Under the pieces are notes generated by a model, which searched no databases, was not told where the DNA came from, and worked only from the letters and a program-made list of their open reading frames with translations. From a bacterium (lineage in GTDB: Bacteria; RUG730), in the NCBI GenBank assembly GCA_031551405.1, contig JAVBNQ010000010.1:62001-100667 (forward strand): 38,667 nt of DNA, written 5' to 3'. The translations under genes and the position numbers were made by a program. Shown here in pieces: positions 19,234 to 28,038 of this stretch (positions are counted from its first letter, which is position 1; every line of letters starts with the position of its first letter).

Positions 19234-21259
19234 TCCTTCCTCATTAAAAATAAAGTTAAAAAATTTTTATTTGCCTGAAAATTACATTTTTTTTATAAAA
19301 CTTTTCTGCCTAAACATCCTAATGTTCGCTATTTTGCGAACTATTTTTATGCTAAATTTTACAAAGGAATTTCACAATGTTCCTGTTCTTGATATCTTGA
19401 AATCTTTCCTCATTGGAGCAAGGTTCGATGTTTTTGTGATTAATTATGCCTTAGCTCCTTTTTTTCTCGTATCGTGTTTTCCATTTATAACCCAAAACTT
19501 CTTTGAAAAAATAAAAAAAACAACTTTTGTTTTAAACACAATCCTATTTGGACTGCTTTATTTTTTTCAGCTTATTGATATAGAATTTTTCAAAGCTGAC
19601 TCATATCACCTTAATTATACGCTCATAGAATATAGCGATTCGATGGACATGGCCTTGTTCATGGCTTTCAAAAAATATCATCTTTTTAGGTATATTTTTA
19701 TTTTAGCAATTCTCGTTATTTTTTATCTTCTCCTCTCGAAAAAATTTATTTTTACTAGAAAAGCAAAAAAATCTCCTGCAAAAAATTTTTTCATCAAAAA
19801 CACTATTTTTTATGTTTTATTTTCGTTCTTGCTAGTAGTCGGGATACGAGGCGGAATTTCACTCGGGATAATGGAATGGGGAACGGCTTTTTTCAGCGAT
19901 CACAATATCATAAATCAAGCGACTTTAAATCCTATTTTTAACTTTTCAAAAGACGTTTATTACGTCACAAAAAATGACGATCTTAACAAAATAAGATTTT
20001 TTAAAACTAAAGACGAAGCATTAAAAATAGCACAGAACTTTATAATCCCCGAGTCAGAAAAACAGAACATAATAAATCCCGATTTTCCGTTTTTCAGGCA
20101 AAGCCTTACAACCGGAGAAGAGAAACGGTACAATGTCGTTATTTTGCTAATGGAGTCAATGGCTGCCGAGTTACTCGGATGTTTTGGTAACGAGCTCAAG
20201 CTATCGCCATACTTTGATGAGTTAGCAGAAAATGGCGTTTTATTCACGAGTTTTCACTCGAACGGACACAGAACAAATATTGGGATTTCCTCGACACTTT
20301 GCTCGTACATTCCACTTTTTGGGAACAGTATAATGTCAAGAGTCGAAGGCCAGCAGCCGATTCCTTCGATCGCGAGTATTTTGAAAGAGAAAGGTTACTC
20401 AACACTTTTCCTTTATGGCGGAGATTTGAAATTCGACAACATGGCCGGATTTCTGAGGCACAAAGGCTTTGAAAAAGTCGATGGAGTCGAGACCTTTCCG
20501 TCGGAAGAAGCCTTGAATAAATGGGGCGTGCCGGACAAAAATCTCTTCGAACGATTCATCAAGGAACTTGACGGACTTGCGAACGAAAACAAACCGTTTT
20601 TTGCAATGACTTTAACACTCACAAACCATCCTCCTTACACAATACCGAACACGTATTTTGGAGAAAAAGTCAAAATAAAATCTGAGTTTAACGACGCGTA
20701 CAATACTTTCAAATATACAGATTACGAACTGGGAAAATTTTTCGAACAAATTAAAAATAAAAAATATTTTAAAAATACGTTATTTGTAATACTTGGAGAC
20801 CACAGTAAAAGCTTTCATAATGACGTAGAATTTGATCACAGAAAATCTTATGTTCCTTGTCTTTTTTACGCTCCAAAAATTTTAACTTCTCCTGCTAAAA
20901 ATAATAAAATATCCTCTCAAATTGACGTTGTTCCGACGATTTTCAACATTTTAAATATGTCAGTAAAAAATAGTTTTTTTGGAAAAAATATGTTTAATGC
21001 CAAAAATCCGGAGAAAGATTTTGCGATAATCGTTTCCGGTAATTATTTAGGTTATATCAAAAAAGATTTTTTTTACTCGTCGAAGCTTGGTAAAGACGAA
21101 AGATTAGTAAAAATGACTGATTTCTCATTCAAAGATTATAAAACAGAACATCGTGAATTAGTCGAAGAAATGAAAACTGAAGCCAATGCTTTACTAGAAA
21201 CAAGTTTTTATCTTTTTAAAAATAAAAAAATCGCAAAAGATATAGAGAGGCAAAAATGA
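19217..21259 (+). CDS. LTA synthase / alkaline-phosphatase-superfamily membrane phosphotransferase
   Basis: About 5 N-terminal TM helices then a sulfatase-like domain (NVVILLMES, candidate catalytic Thr in GHRTN, TNHPPY, GDH, SQIDVVPT). Likely start ATG 19217 rather than TTG 19109. Confidence 0.9.
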   Translation: MQNPNNPSSLKIKLKNFYLPENYIFFIKLFCLNILMFAILRTIFMLNFTKEFHNVPVLDILKSFLIGARFDVFVINYALAPFFLVSCFPFITQNFFEKIKKTTFVLNTILFGLLYFFQLIDIEFFKADSYHLNYTLIEYSDSMDMALFMAFKKYHLFRYIFILAILVIFYLLLSKKFIFTRKAKKSPAKNFFIKNTIFYVLFSFLLVVGIRGGISLGIMEWGTAFFSDHNIINQATLNPIFNFSKDVYYVTKNDDLNKIRFFKTKDEALKIAQNFIIPESEKQNIINPDFPFFRQSLTTGEEKRYNVVILLMESMAAELLGCFGNELKLSPYFDELAENGVLFTSFHSNGHRTNIGISSTLCSYIPLFGNSIMSRVEGQQPIPSIASILKEKGYSTLFLYGGDLKFDNMAGFLRHKGFEKVDGVETFPSEEALNKWGVPDKNLFERFIKELDGLANENKPFFAMTLTLTNHPPYTIPNTYFGEKVKIKSEFNDAYNTFKYTDYELGKFFEQIKNKKYFKNTLFVILGDHSKSFHNDVEFDHRKSYVPCLFYAPKILTSPAKNNKISSQIDVVPTIFNILNMSVKNSFFGKNMFNAKNPEKDFAIIVSGNYLGYIKKDFFYSSKLGKDERLVKMTDFSFKDYKTEHRELVEEMKTEANALLETSFYLFKNKKIAKDIERQK

Positions 21260-22191
21260 AAAACCTTATTTTATTTTCAGGGAATTCAAACAAGGAGTTG
21301 GCTGGCAATATTGCGAAAAAACTCGGGCTTGAGCTCGGAAATGCAGAAGTCTCAAAATTTTCTGACGGCGAAGTCAATGTGAAAATTCTTGACAACGTGC
21401 GAGGAAAAGACGTTTTTGTGATTCAATCGACTTGTCCGCCTGTAAACGATAATATTATGGAGCTTTTGATAATTATTGATGCGCTAAAACGTGCTTCTGC
21501 AAAAAAAATAACAGCGGTTTTGCCATATTTCGGATATGCTCGTCAGGATAGGAAAGCTGCGCCGCGAGTTCCGATTACTGCAAAATTAGTCGCAAACTTA
21601 CTCACAAACGCTGGTTCAAATCGAGTTTTGGTTGCAGATTTACATGCTGGACAAATTCAAGGATTTTTTGATATTCCCGTCGATCATTTAAACGGCGATC
21701 CAATTTTTGTTGATTATTTTTTGAGTCAAAAAATCGAAGATTTGACGGTTGTTTCGCCGGATGTTGGAGGAGTCGAAAGAGCGCGAAATTTCGCGAATAG
21801 ACTCGGAGCCTCACTAGCCATCATCGATAAACGCCGTCCAAAACCAAATGTTTCTGCTGTCATGAATATTATCGGTGAAGTAGAGGGAAAAAACGTAATT
21901 ATTTTTGACGATATGATTGATACAGCCGGAACGCTTTGCAACGTCGCAGCTGCTCTGAACGAAAAAGGCGTGAAAAAAATCTGGGCTGTTGCGACTCACG
22001 GAGTTTTATCCGGCAAAGCTATGGAAAATTTGCAAAATTCACCTATTTTTGAACTCTTAATTTCCGATACAATTCCTCTAGGTGCAGGCAAAAAAATCAA
22101 TAAAATAAAAGTTTTATCACTCGACAAAATGTTCGCTGAAGCAATAAGGAGAATACAGATGAATGAATCAATTAGTGTTTTATTTAAGTAG
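21256..22191 (+). CDS. prs: Ribose-phosphate pyrophosphokinase
   Basis: FSDGE, PYFGYARQDR, DLHAGQIQGFF, VSPDVGG and DDMIDTAGT motifs. Confidence 0.98.
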   Translation: MKNLILFSGNSNKELAGNIAKKLGLELGNAEVSKFSDGEVNVKILDNVRGKDVFVIQSTCPPVNDNIMELLIIIDALKRASAKKITAVLPYFGYARQDRKAAPRVPITAKLVANLLTNAGSNRVLVADLHAGQIQGFFDIPVDHLNGDPIFVDYFLSQKIEDLTVVSPDVGGVERARNFANRLGASLAIIDKRRPKPNVSAVMNIIGEVEGKNVIIFDDMIDTAGTLCNVAAALNEKGVKKIWAVATHGVLSGKAMENLQNSPIFELLISDTIPLGAGKKINKIKVLSLDKMFAEAIRRIQMNESISVLFK

Positions 22192-22217
22192 ACAAATAAA
22201 AAAAAAATCTTTATAAT
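22189..22217 (+). promoter_or_regulatory. Putative sigma70 promoter for rplY-pth
   Basis: TAGACA (22189-22194, overlapping the prs stop), 17 nt spacer, TATAAT (22212-22217). Confidence 0.6.
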
Positions 22218-22251
22218 TACAAAATTTTAATTTATTGACAGGAGCTGAAAA

Positions 22252-22917
22252 ATGTCGACACAATTAGATATTCAAGTAAAGCCTAGAAAAATAACGACAA
22301 ATGGAGATTTGAAATCAAGCAAAAAAGAAGGACAAATTCCTTGCGTTGTTTATGGCAAAAATTTAGAAACAAAACTTGGTTTTGTAGATAGAAAAAATTT
22401 GATGACGCAACTTTATAGCAGCCTAAACGAGCACATTATTTTTAATCTAAAATTTGAAAAAGAAAAAGAAAAATTCGTTACAATCATTCGAGAAAAAGTT
22501 TGGGATCCAATAAAGCAAGAAATTATTCACGTCGATTTTCAAAAAATAGATTTAGACAAAGAAATCGAGATGAGCACAGAATTTAGATATAACGGAATTG
22601 CAAAGGGTGTGAAACAAGGCGGAGTAATGGAAATTCGTGTCGTAAAATCAAAAGGAAAAGCTTTACCTCTCGACTATCCAAAATTCATCGACTGCGACGT
22701 GACCAATCTAGGAATAGGCGATACTCTGAAACTAAAAGACATAAGTATACCCAACTCCTTGAAGTTGCAAATTTCACCGGAAGAAGTTTTGGTTACAGTG
22801 TCTGTACCAAAAGCTGAACGTGGACAGGCTGAGCCGGCGAAAGCAGCAACACCTGCTGCAGCAACCGCAACTGCAACTCCAGCCGCTCCAGCAGCAAAAA
22901 CACCTGCAAAAAAATAA
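22252..22917 (+). CDS. rplY: 50S ribosomal protein L25 / Ctc
   Basis: IPCVVYG, HVDF, GVKQGG and DVTNLGIGD motifs; lies between prs and pth. Confidence 0.95.
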   Translation: MSTQLDIQVKPRKITTNGDLKSSKKEGQIPCVVYGKNLETKLGFVDRKNLMTQLYSSLNEHIIFNLKFEKEKEKFVTIIREKVWDPIKQEIIHVDFQKIDLDKEIEMSTEFRYNGIAKGVKQGGVMEIRVVKSKGKALPLDYPKFIDCDVTNLGIGDTLKLKDISIPNSLKLQISPEEVLVTVSVPKAERGQAEPAKAATPAAATATATPAAPAAKTPAKK

Positions 22918-22927
22918 TTTTTAAAAT

Positions 22928-23506
22928 ATGAAGCTAGTAGTTGGATTGGGCAATGTCGGTGATAAATATGTTGGAACCAGACATAATTTTGGGTTTGAAG
23001 TAATCGATCGACTCATTCAACAAAACTTTCCCCTCGCCAGTTTTCAGAATTTTGAAAATGTCGGATTTCTGATCAAAGAAAATTTTTTCGGAGAATCTGT
23101 TTTATTTTTTAAGCCAACGCTTTTCATGAATAACAGCGGAATCAGCACCCGAAAAGTAAAAGATTACTACAAAATATCTCTTGAAAATGTCTTAGTGATC
23201 GTTGATGATACAAGCCTGGAATTAGGGAACATTCGGCTACGAGCGTCCGGGTCGAGTGCAGGGCATAACGGACTAAAATCTATAATCTCACATCTTGGTA
23301 CAGAAAATTTCGCCAGGCTGAGACTCGGAATTGGACTTGACACACAAATCGCTTTACCAGATTACGTCCTGGCAAAATTTACAAAACAGGAATTAGATAA
23401 CGTCAACAAAACTTTAGAAAACGCGATTGAAGCAGTAGCTGTCTGGATAAAATTTGGCAATGAAAAAGTGATGCAAAAGTTCAATAAAAAATCTTTGAAT
23501 ACTTAA
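22928..23506 (+). CDS. pth: Peptidyl-tRNA hydrolase
   Basis: LVVGLGN, TRHNFG, KPTLFMNNSG, GHNGLKSI and RLRLGIG motifs. Confidence 0.97.
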   Translation: MKLVVGLGNVGDKYVGTRHNFGFEVIDRLIQQNFPLASFQNFENVGFLIKENFFGESVLFFKPTLFMNNSGISTRKVKDYYKISLENVLVIVDDTSLELGNIRLRASGSSAGHNGLKSIISHLGTENFARLRLGIGLDTQIALPDYVLAKFTKQELDNVNKTLENAIEAVAVWIKFGNEKVMQKFNKKSLNT

Positions 23507-23648
23507 AATCGTCCTATTTTTTTAAAAAGCTATATTGAAATTCCTGTAAAAACGAAATCTAGCCTCAAACTTTTGCGTTAATAAGATTTCATTTTTTATA
23601 GGATTTTCAACAAGAAAATCAGGTTCTAACCAAAGTCGAGAACATCCT

Positions 23649-25052
23649 ATGCAAAAAAACCACAATTTAAATGTAATGCACTTGTTTTTACCTGAAATCA
23701 AAGAGTTAATCTCAACTAAAGATTTCGTTGAACTCAAGGATCTTTTAACCAAAATTCATGCAATCGACGTAGCCGAAAATTTTCAAGAATTTAACGCTAA
23801 CGAAAAAATCCTCATATTTCGCCTACTCGCAAAAGAAAAATCCATCGAAGTTTTTGAATCCATTCCCTTCGAAGAGCAATCATTCTTGCTCGAAAATCTA
23901 AAAAATATTGAATTATCAGAACTTTTGAACGAGATGTCTTCGGACGAACGTGTTGATTTGTTCCAAGAATTATCTCAAGACGAGATGAACAGGCTTTTTA
24001 GCTTGATGAAAAAAGAAGAAATTGAAGACGTAAAGACTTTATTGCAATACCCTGAGGGAACTGCAGGCAGTTTAATGACAACAGAGTTTGTGGAAATGGC
24101 TCCTAGCATCAATGCAAGAGAAGCTCTCTTGAAATTGCAAGATGAGCTAAAATCCGGCGAATCCGAACATATTTATTCAAGTTACGTTTGTGATGAAGAA
24201 AAAGGATTGATTGGAGCAGTTGACTTGCAGGATTTAGTTTTGAATTCGCCGACGAGTATTGTATCGGAAATCATGACTGATATCAGTCACATAAAAGTTG
24301 ATGAATTTACTCCTGACGAAATTGTTGCAGACTTGTTCGTAAAATATGATTTGCTGAGCGTGCCTGTAGTTAATGAACAGAATCAGCTCTTAGGAATGGT
24401 CGTTTTTGACGATATTGTTGACCTGATCAGAAAAGAAAATACAAAAGAAATTTATGAACTCGGAAAAATGCACATTGAATCTTCGGAGGAAGTGCGCTAT
24501 TCCAGTTCTACGAGTTTTGATTTAATACGCAGACGAGCTGGATGGCTCATTTTTCTCCTTGTTTTTGATTTTTTAACCGGGACAGTTTTGAAAACTTACG
24601 AAATGGCGCTAAGCAAAGTCGTAGCTCTCTCGTTTTTTATTCCAATGCTGCTCGACACCGGAGGGAATGCAGGCGCTCAAGTTTCGGTTACAATTATTCG
24701 AGCATTTGCTATCGGAGACGTGAATTTTAAAAATATTTGGAAGATCGTGAAGAAAGAGATCGTAGCTGCTCTTTTTATGAGCGCTATCGTCGGAATTATT
24801 GCAGCTCTACGTGCATATTTATTACAAAAAAGTTTTTTACTCGCAATTGTAATAGGCTTAACTTTATCTTTTATTGTAATTTTAGCCACTTTGACCGGAC
24901 TATTTCTACCAATTCTATCGAAAAAAGTAGGACTTGATCCTGCTGTCCTTGCTGGTCCAATCACAACAAGTGTCGTCGATATTTTGGGTTTAATTATTTA
25001 TTTCAATGTAGCGATAAAATTTTTACCGGCATTACGAGGGAGTTTTATATGA
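23649..25052 (+). CDS. mgtE: Magnesium transporter MgtE
   Basis: N-domain, TAGSLMTTE followed by CBS pair, RRAGWL, FIPML.DTGGNAGAQ, DPA...GP.TT..D; alternative start ATG 23676. Confidence 0.97.
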   Translation: MQKNHNLNVMHLFLPEIKELISTKDFVELKDLLTKIHAIDVAENFQEFNANEKILIFRLLAKEKSIEVFESIPFEEQSFLLENLKNIELSELLNEMSSDERVDLFQELSQDEMNRLFSLMKKEEIEDVKTLLQYPEGTAGSLMTTEFVEMAPSINAREALLKLQDELKSGESEHIYSSYVCDEEKGLIGAVDLQDLVLNSPTSIVSEIMTDISHIKVDEFTPDEIVADLFVKYDLLSVPVVNEQNQLLGMVVFDDIVDLIRKENTKEIYELGKMHIESSEEVRYSSSTSFDLIRRRAGWLIFLLVFDFLTGTVLKTYEMALSKVVALSFFIPMLLDTGGNAGAQVSVTIIRAFAIGDVNFKNIWKIVKKEIVAALFMSAIVGIIAALRAYLLQKSFLLAIVIGLTLSFIVILATLTGLFLPILSKKVGLDPAVLAGPITTSVVDILGLIIYFNVAIKFLPALRGSFI

Positions 25053-26275
25053 TAAATTACGCTAAAATTCTACTCATTACTTTCTTTAGCTTTTTCAGCT
25101 TTAATTTGTCAGCTCAGCACGCAGAACTTGAACAAAATTTCGAACTTCTCCCGGCACTATCAGATACAAAAACAATCTCTTCAAATCTAATTACTACAAG
25201 ACATACCCAAAAACCAAAATACGTTCGAGGGATTCACCTGTCCGGCTGGGCGGCTGGTTCAAAAAAATTACGAACGCGCTACGACGAAATTCTAGCAAAT
25301 TCGGAAATAAACACGCTAGTCATTGCCGTCAAAGAAGCCAGCGGAGAAGTTTTTATCAAAAATATTGCAAAAGCTGAAAAAATCGGAGCTTTTCGAAATG
25401 CGATGCCGGACATTAAAACTTATATCGAGTATTTGCACTCGAAAAATGTTTATGTAATAGCTCGTATCGTTTTGTTTAAAGATCCAATTTTTGCAACACA
25501 CGAGCCTAGCATGGCTGTAAAGAATATTGACGGAAATATTTGGAAAGATTATAAAGGTTTGTCATGGATCGATCCTTTCAATAAAAAAGGCTGGGAATAT
25601 AATTTTAGTATCGTAGACGAATGCGTAAATCTTGGCTTTGACGAAATTCAGTTTGATTATGTCAGATTTCCATCGGATGGAATTATAAAAAATTGTCGTT
25701 ATGCAGTGAATTATTCAACTACAGCTGCCGTAAATATTTTAGCAGAATTTTTAAAAGAAGCACAAAAAAGGTACAAAGAAAAACTCGGAATTAATATTTC
25801 CGTCGATGTATTTGGATTGACAACGTCGGCAATGGACGATCTGGGAATCGGGCAAATAATAGAATCTATGGAACCATACGTTGATGCGATTTATCCGATG
25901 GTTTATCCGTCGCACTACCGAAACGGAACCTACAACATCAAAATTCCAAACCAAAAACCTTATGAAACTGTTTTTAACGCACTTAAAGAAGGGAAGAAAA
26001 AACTTGGCGATAAAAGCTATAAATTCAGGCCGTATATTCAAGATTTTAGTCTAGGCTACAAATATGGCGTCAAAGAAATCCGCGACCAGATTCAAGCTCT
26101 TTACGACAATGATATTGCTGAATGGATTTTATGGGATCCGAAAGCCTTGTACACTCGCGAAGCTCTTCACCCAAAATCAGAAATGAATAAATATGAAAAA
26201 AAATTAAAACCTCAAGCTCCACCTCCTCAAATTCCTCAAGAACAGCAAAATGCTAGCGTCGAAAACATTAATTAA
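25049..26275 (+). CDS. Putative exported glycoside hydrolase (DUF4015-like TIM barrel)
   Basis: Signal peptide; VRGIHL, YVIARIVLFKD, WIDP, GFDEIQFDYVRFP, DVFG, PMVYPSHY and RPYIQDF motifs. Confidence 0.85.
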   Translation: MINYAKILLITFFSFFSFNLSAQHAELEQNFELLPALSDTKTISSNLITTRHTQKPKYVRGIHLSGWAAGSKKLRTRYDEILANSEINTLVIAVKEASGEVFIKNIAKAEKIGAFRNAMPDIKTYIEYLHSKNVYVIARIVLFKDPIFATHEPSMAVKNIDGNIWKDYKGLSWIDPFNKKGWEYNFSIVDECVNLGFDEIQFDYVRFPSDGIIKNCRYAVNYSTTAAVNILAEFLKEAQKRYKEKLGINISVDVFGLTTSAMDDLGIGQIIESMEPYVDAIYPMVYPSHYRNGTYNIKIPNQKPYETVFNALKEGKKKLGDKSYKFRPYIQDFSLGYKYGVKEIRDQIQALYDNDIAEWILWDPKALYTREALHPKSEMNKYEKKLKPQAPPPQIPQEQQNASVENIN

Positions 26276-27379
26276 ATGAATTCATTTTCTTTATCATCTT
26301 TTCACACGCCTAATCTTAAATTCAATTTACTTAAAAAATTATTAATTTCCGCATTTTTTGTTAGCATTTTTATAATTCCGGTTTTTGCAAACAGCATAAA
26401 TTTTTGGGAAGATTCTAACTCTAACGCTGATGTTATGCAGGCTAAAGGCGACAAAATGTCAATCTACAAAAAAGGCGAAGAAGTTACTTTGCGAGGAAAT
26501 TCAGAAATTTGGAGACAAGACTTCGACTTAAAAGCTGACGAATCGACTATTTTCAAAACTTCAAAAGCAATAAAAAGCAAAGGGAACGTTTTTTTGAAAA
26601 AAAATTTGGAAAATGGAGACAAACTGGATGGACACGCGAACGAAGTTTTTTATAACGACCTTACAAAAAATCTGGAAATGCGCGATGTAAAAAATCTCGA
26701 CTATTTTTTGATAAAAGAAAATAAAACTGCAAATGTAAAAACCAAATTTTTGAAACTCGAAGAAATCAAAAATGGAAAAAAATTAATTTTGGAAAAAACA
26801 ATCGAGATAACAAAACCATTTGAAGAACTAACAAAAAATAACACCGTAGAACATGGAACTGATCTGATAAAATGCGATCAATTGAAGGCTTTTTATGACG
26901 AACACGGAGAACTAAAATTTGCGGAATTTATCAAAAATTTTTATTTTGAACGTAAAAAAGAAACAAAAGACTATACGATTATTCAAGCGAGTGAAGCAGT
27001 TTTTGATAAAACGAAAAAAAACGCAGTCATAAAAAATATCAATAAAATTACCTATTATCTATCTGAAGGAAATAAAAAATACTTTATTTTTGCAGACGAT
27101 GCGTTTTGGAATCTTGAGACTGATATCATCGAGCTGAAAGGCAAACCTGTAATTTTTATGCAAGATGATAAAAGTTTCTCGATAAAATCTAACAAACTTC
27201 TGTTTTTTAAAAAAGGCAATTATGCAAAATTCATAGACAAGCCAATGCTTCTTCAGAATAACAAAGACGGCAAAGGCAGTTATAAAGCCGAAAATATTTT
27301 TTATTATTTAGATGACAAATTAATAAAATTTGAAAAAAATGTTGATGCAGAATTTATCCCAACAAAAAAACAAAAATAA
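26276..27379 (+). CDS. LptA/OstA-like beta-jellyroll periplasmic protein, long form
   Basis: Signal peptide; recurring OstA-like segments (VTLRGN, LKAD, SKGNVFL, ADDAFWN, IELKGKP, AENIFYY, FEKNV). Confidence 0.6.
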   Translation: MNSFSLSSFHTPNLKFNLLKKLLISAFFVSIFIIPVFANSINFWEDSNSNADVMQAKGDKMSIYKKGEEVTLRGNSEIWRQDFDLKADESTIFKTSKAIKSKGNVFLKKNLENGDKLDGHANEVFYNDLTKNLEMRDVKNLDYFLIKENKTANVKTKFLKLEEIKNGKKLILEKTIEITKPFEELTKNNTVEHGTDLIKCDQLKAFYDEHGELKFAEFIKNFYFERKKETKDYTIIQASEAVFDKTKKNAVIKNINKITYYLSEGNKKYFIFADDAFWNLETDIIELKGKPVIFMQDDKSFSIKSNKLLFFKKGNYAKFIDKPMLLQNNKDGKGSYKAENIFYYLDDKLIKFEKNVDAEFIPTKKQK

Positions 27380-27414
27380 TACTGCAAAATTAACGGTTAA
27401 TCTTCTCAAAGATA

Positions 27415-27443
27415 TTGACTTATAATCTTTAATTTGTTATTTT
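27415..27443 (+). promoter_or_regulatory. Putative sigma70 promoter (extended -10) upstream of the autotransporter remnant
   Basis: TTGACT (27415-27420), 17 nt spacer, TGn-TATTTT (27435-27443); GGAGGGG RBS follows. Confidence 0.45.
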
Positions 27444-27484
27444 ATTTTTTGAAAATTTTTGGTTAAATTTTTTATGGAGGGGAA

Positions 27485-28016
27485 ATGCAAAATCTAAAAA
27501 AATGGGTTTCGTTTTTACTTTGTAATTTACTTTTCATTTCAACTTTTACTTCTAGTGTTTCCGCTGTCACTTATCACATTGGGACTACCGGAACGGATAC
27601 TTTGAATGATAAATATGTCTCAGCTTTTAATAATTTACCGATATCTATTAATGACGGAGATAGCTTTATTTTTTATAAAGACGATGTAGTTAATCCTACT
27701 TTTTTTATTTCAAAAAGTCATACTTTTAAATCTGCTAACTCTAACCCAATTACCTTGACTGCAACTAATCAAAAAATTTTTGATATCTTGAGCGCTCCTC
27801 TTGTATCTTTTGAAAATGTTAAATTTTCATCGACTACAAGTTCTATAGATAGCGGAGGTGTTATTAATTCTAATTTTTCTATGCTAATGTTTAAAATTGG
27901 GCTTGAATGTTAAAATGTACAAAAGGTTAAACGTTGAATTAGGTTATTTGATTGAAATGCGACAAGACGATTATTCTGACCAAGAATTGAACGCAAAGTT
28001 CGACGTTGAATTTTAA
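27485..28016 (+). pseudogene. Internally deleted and frameshifted autotransporter / outer-membrane adhesin remnant
   Basis: 27485-27913 encodes a signal peptide and a Ser/Thr/Asn-rich passenger start ending in a GGVI motif. The +1 frame at 27915-28016 reads MYKRLNVELGYLIEMRQDDYSDQELNAKFDVEF*, with alternating beta-strands and a terminal Phe like a barrel C-terminus. Confidence 0.65.
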
Positions 28017-28038
28017 CTAGTTTTCGAGGAAATTTCTG

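Noticed and set aside
22195-22211. A10 tract in the rplY promoter spacer (also T8 in the zapB promoter) as a phase-variation switch
   Set aside because: A/T runs of 8-10 are frequent throughout this AT-rich window and the genes are housekeeping.
27931-28012. Direct repeat ACGTTGAATT (27931 and 28003) as an operator
   Set aside because: Both copies fall in the same frame of the barrel-like peptide (NVEL/DVEF) and are better explained as coding similarity.
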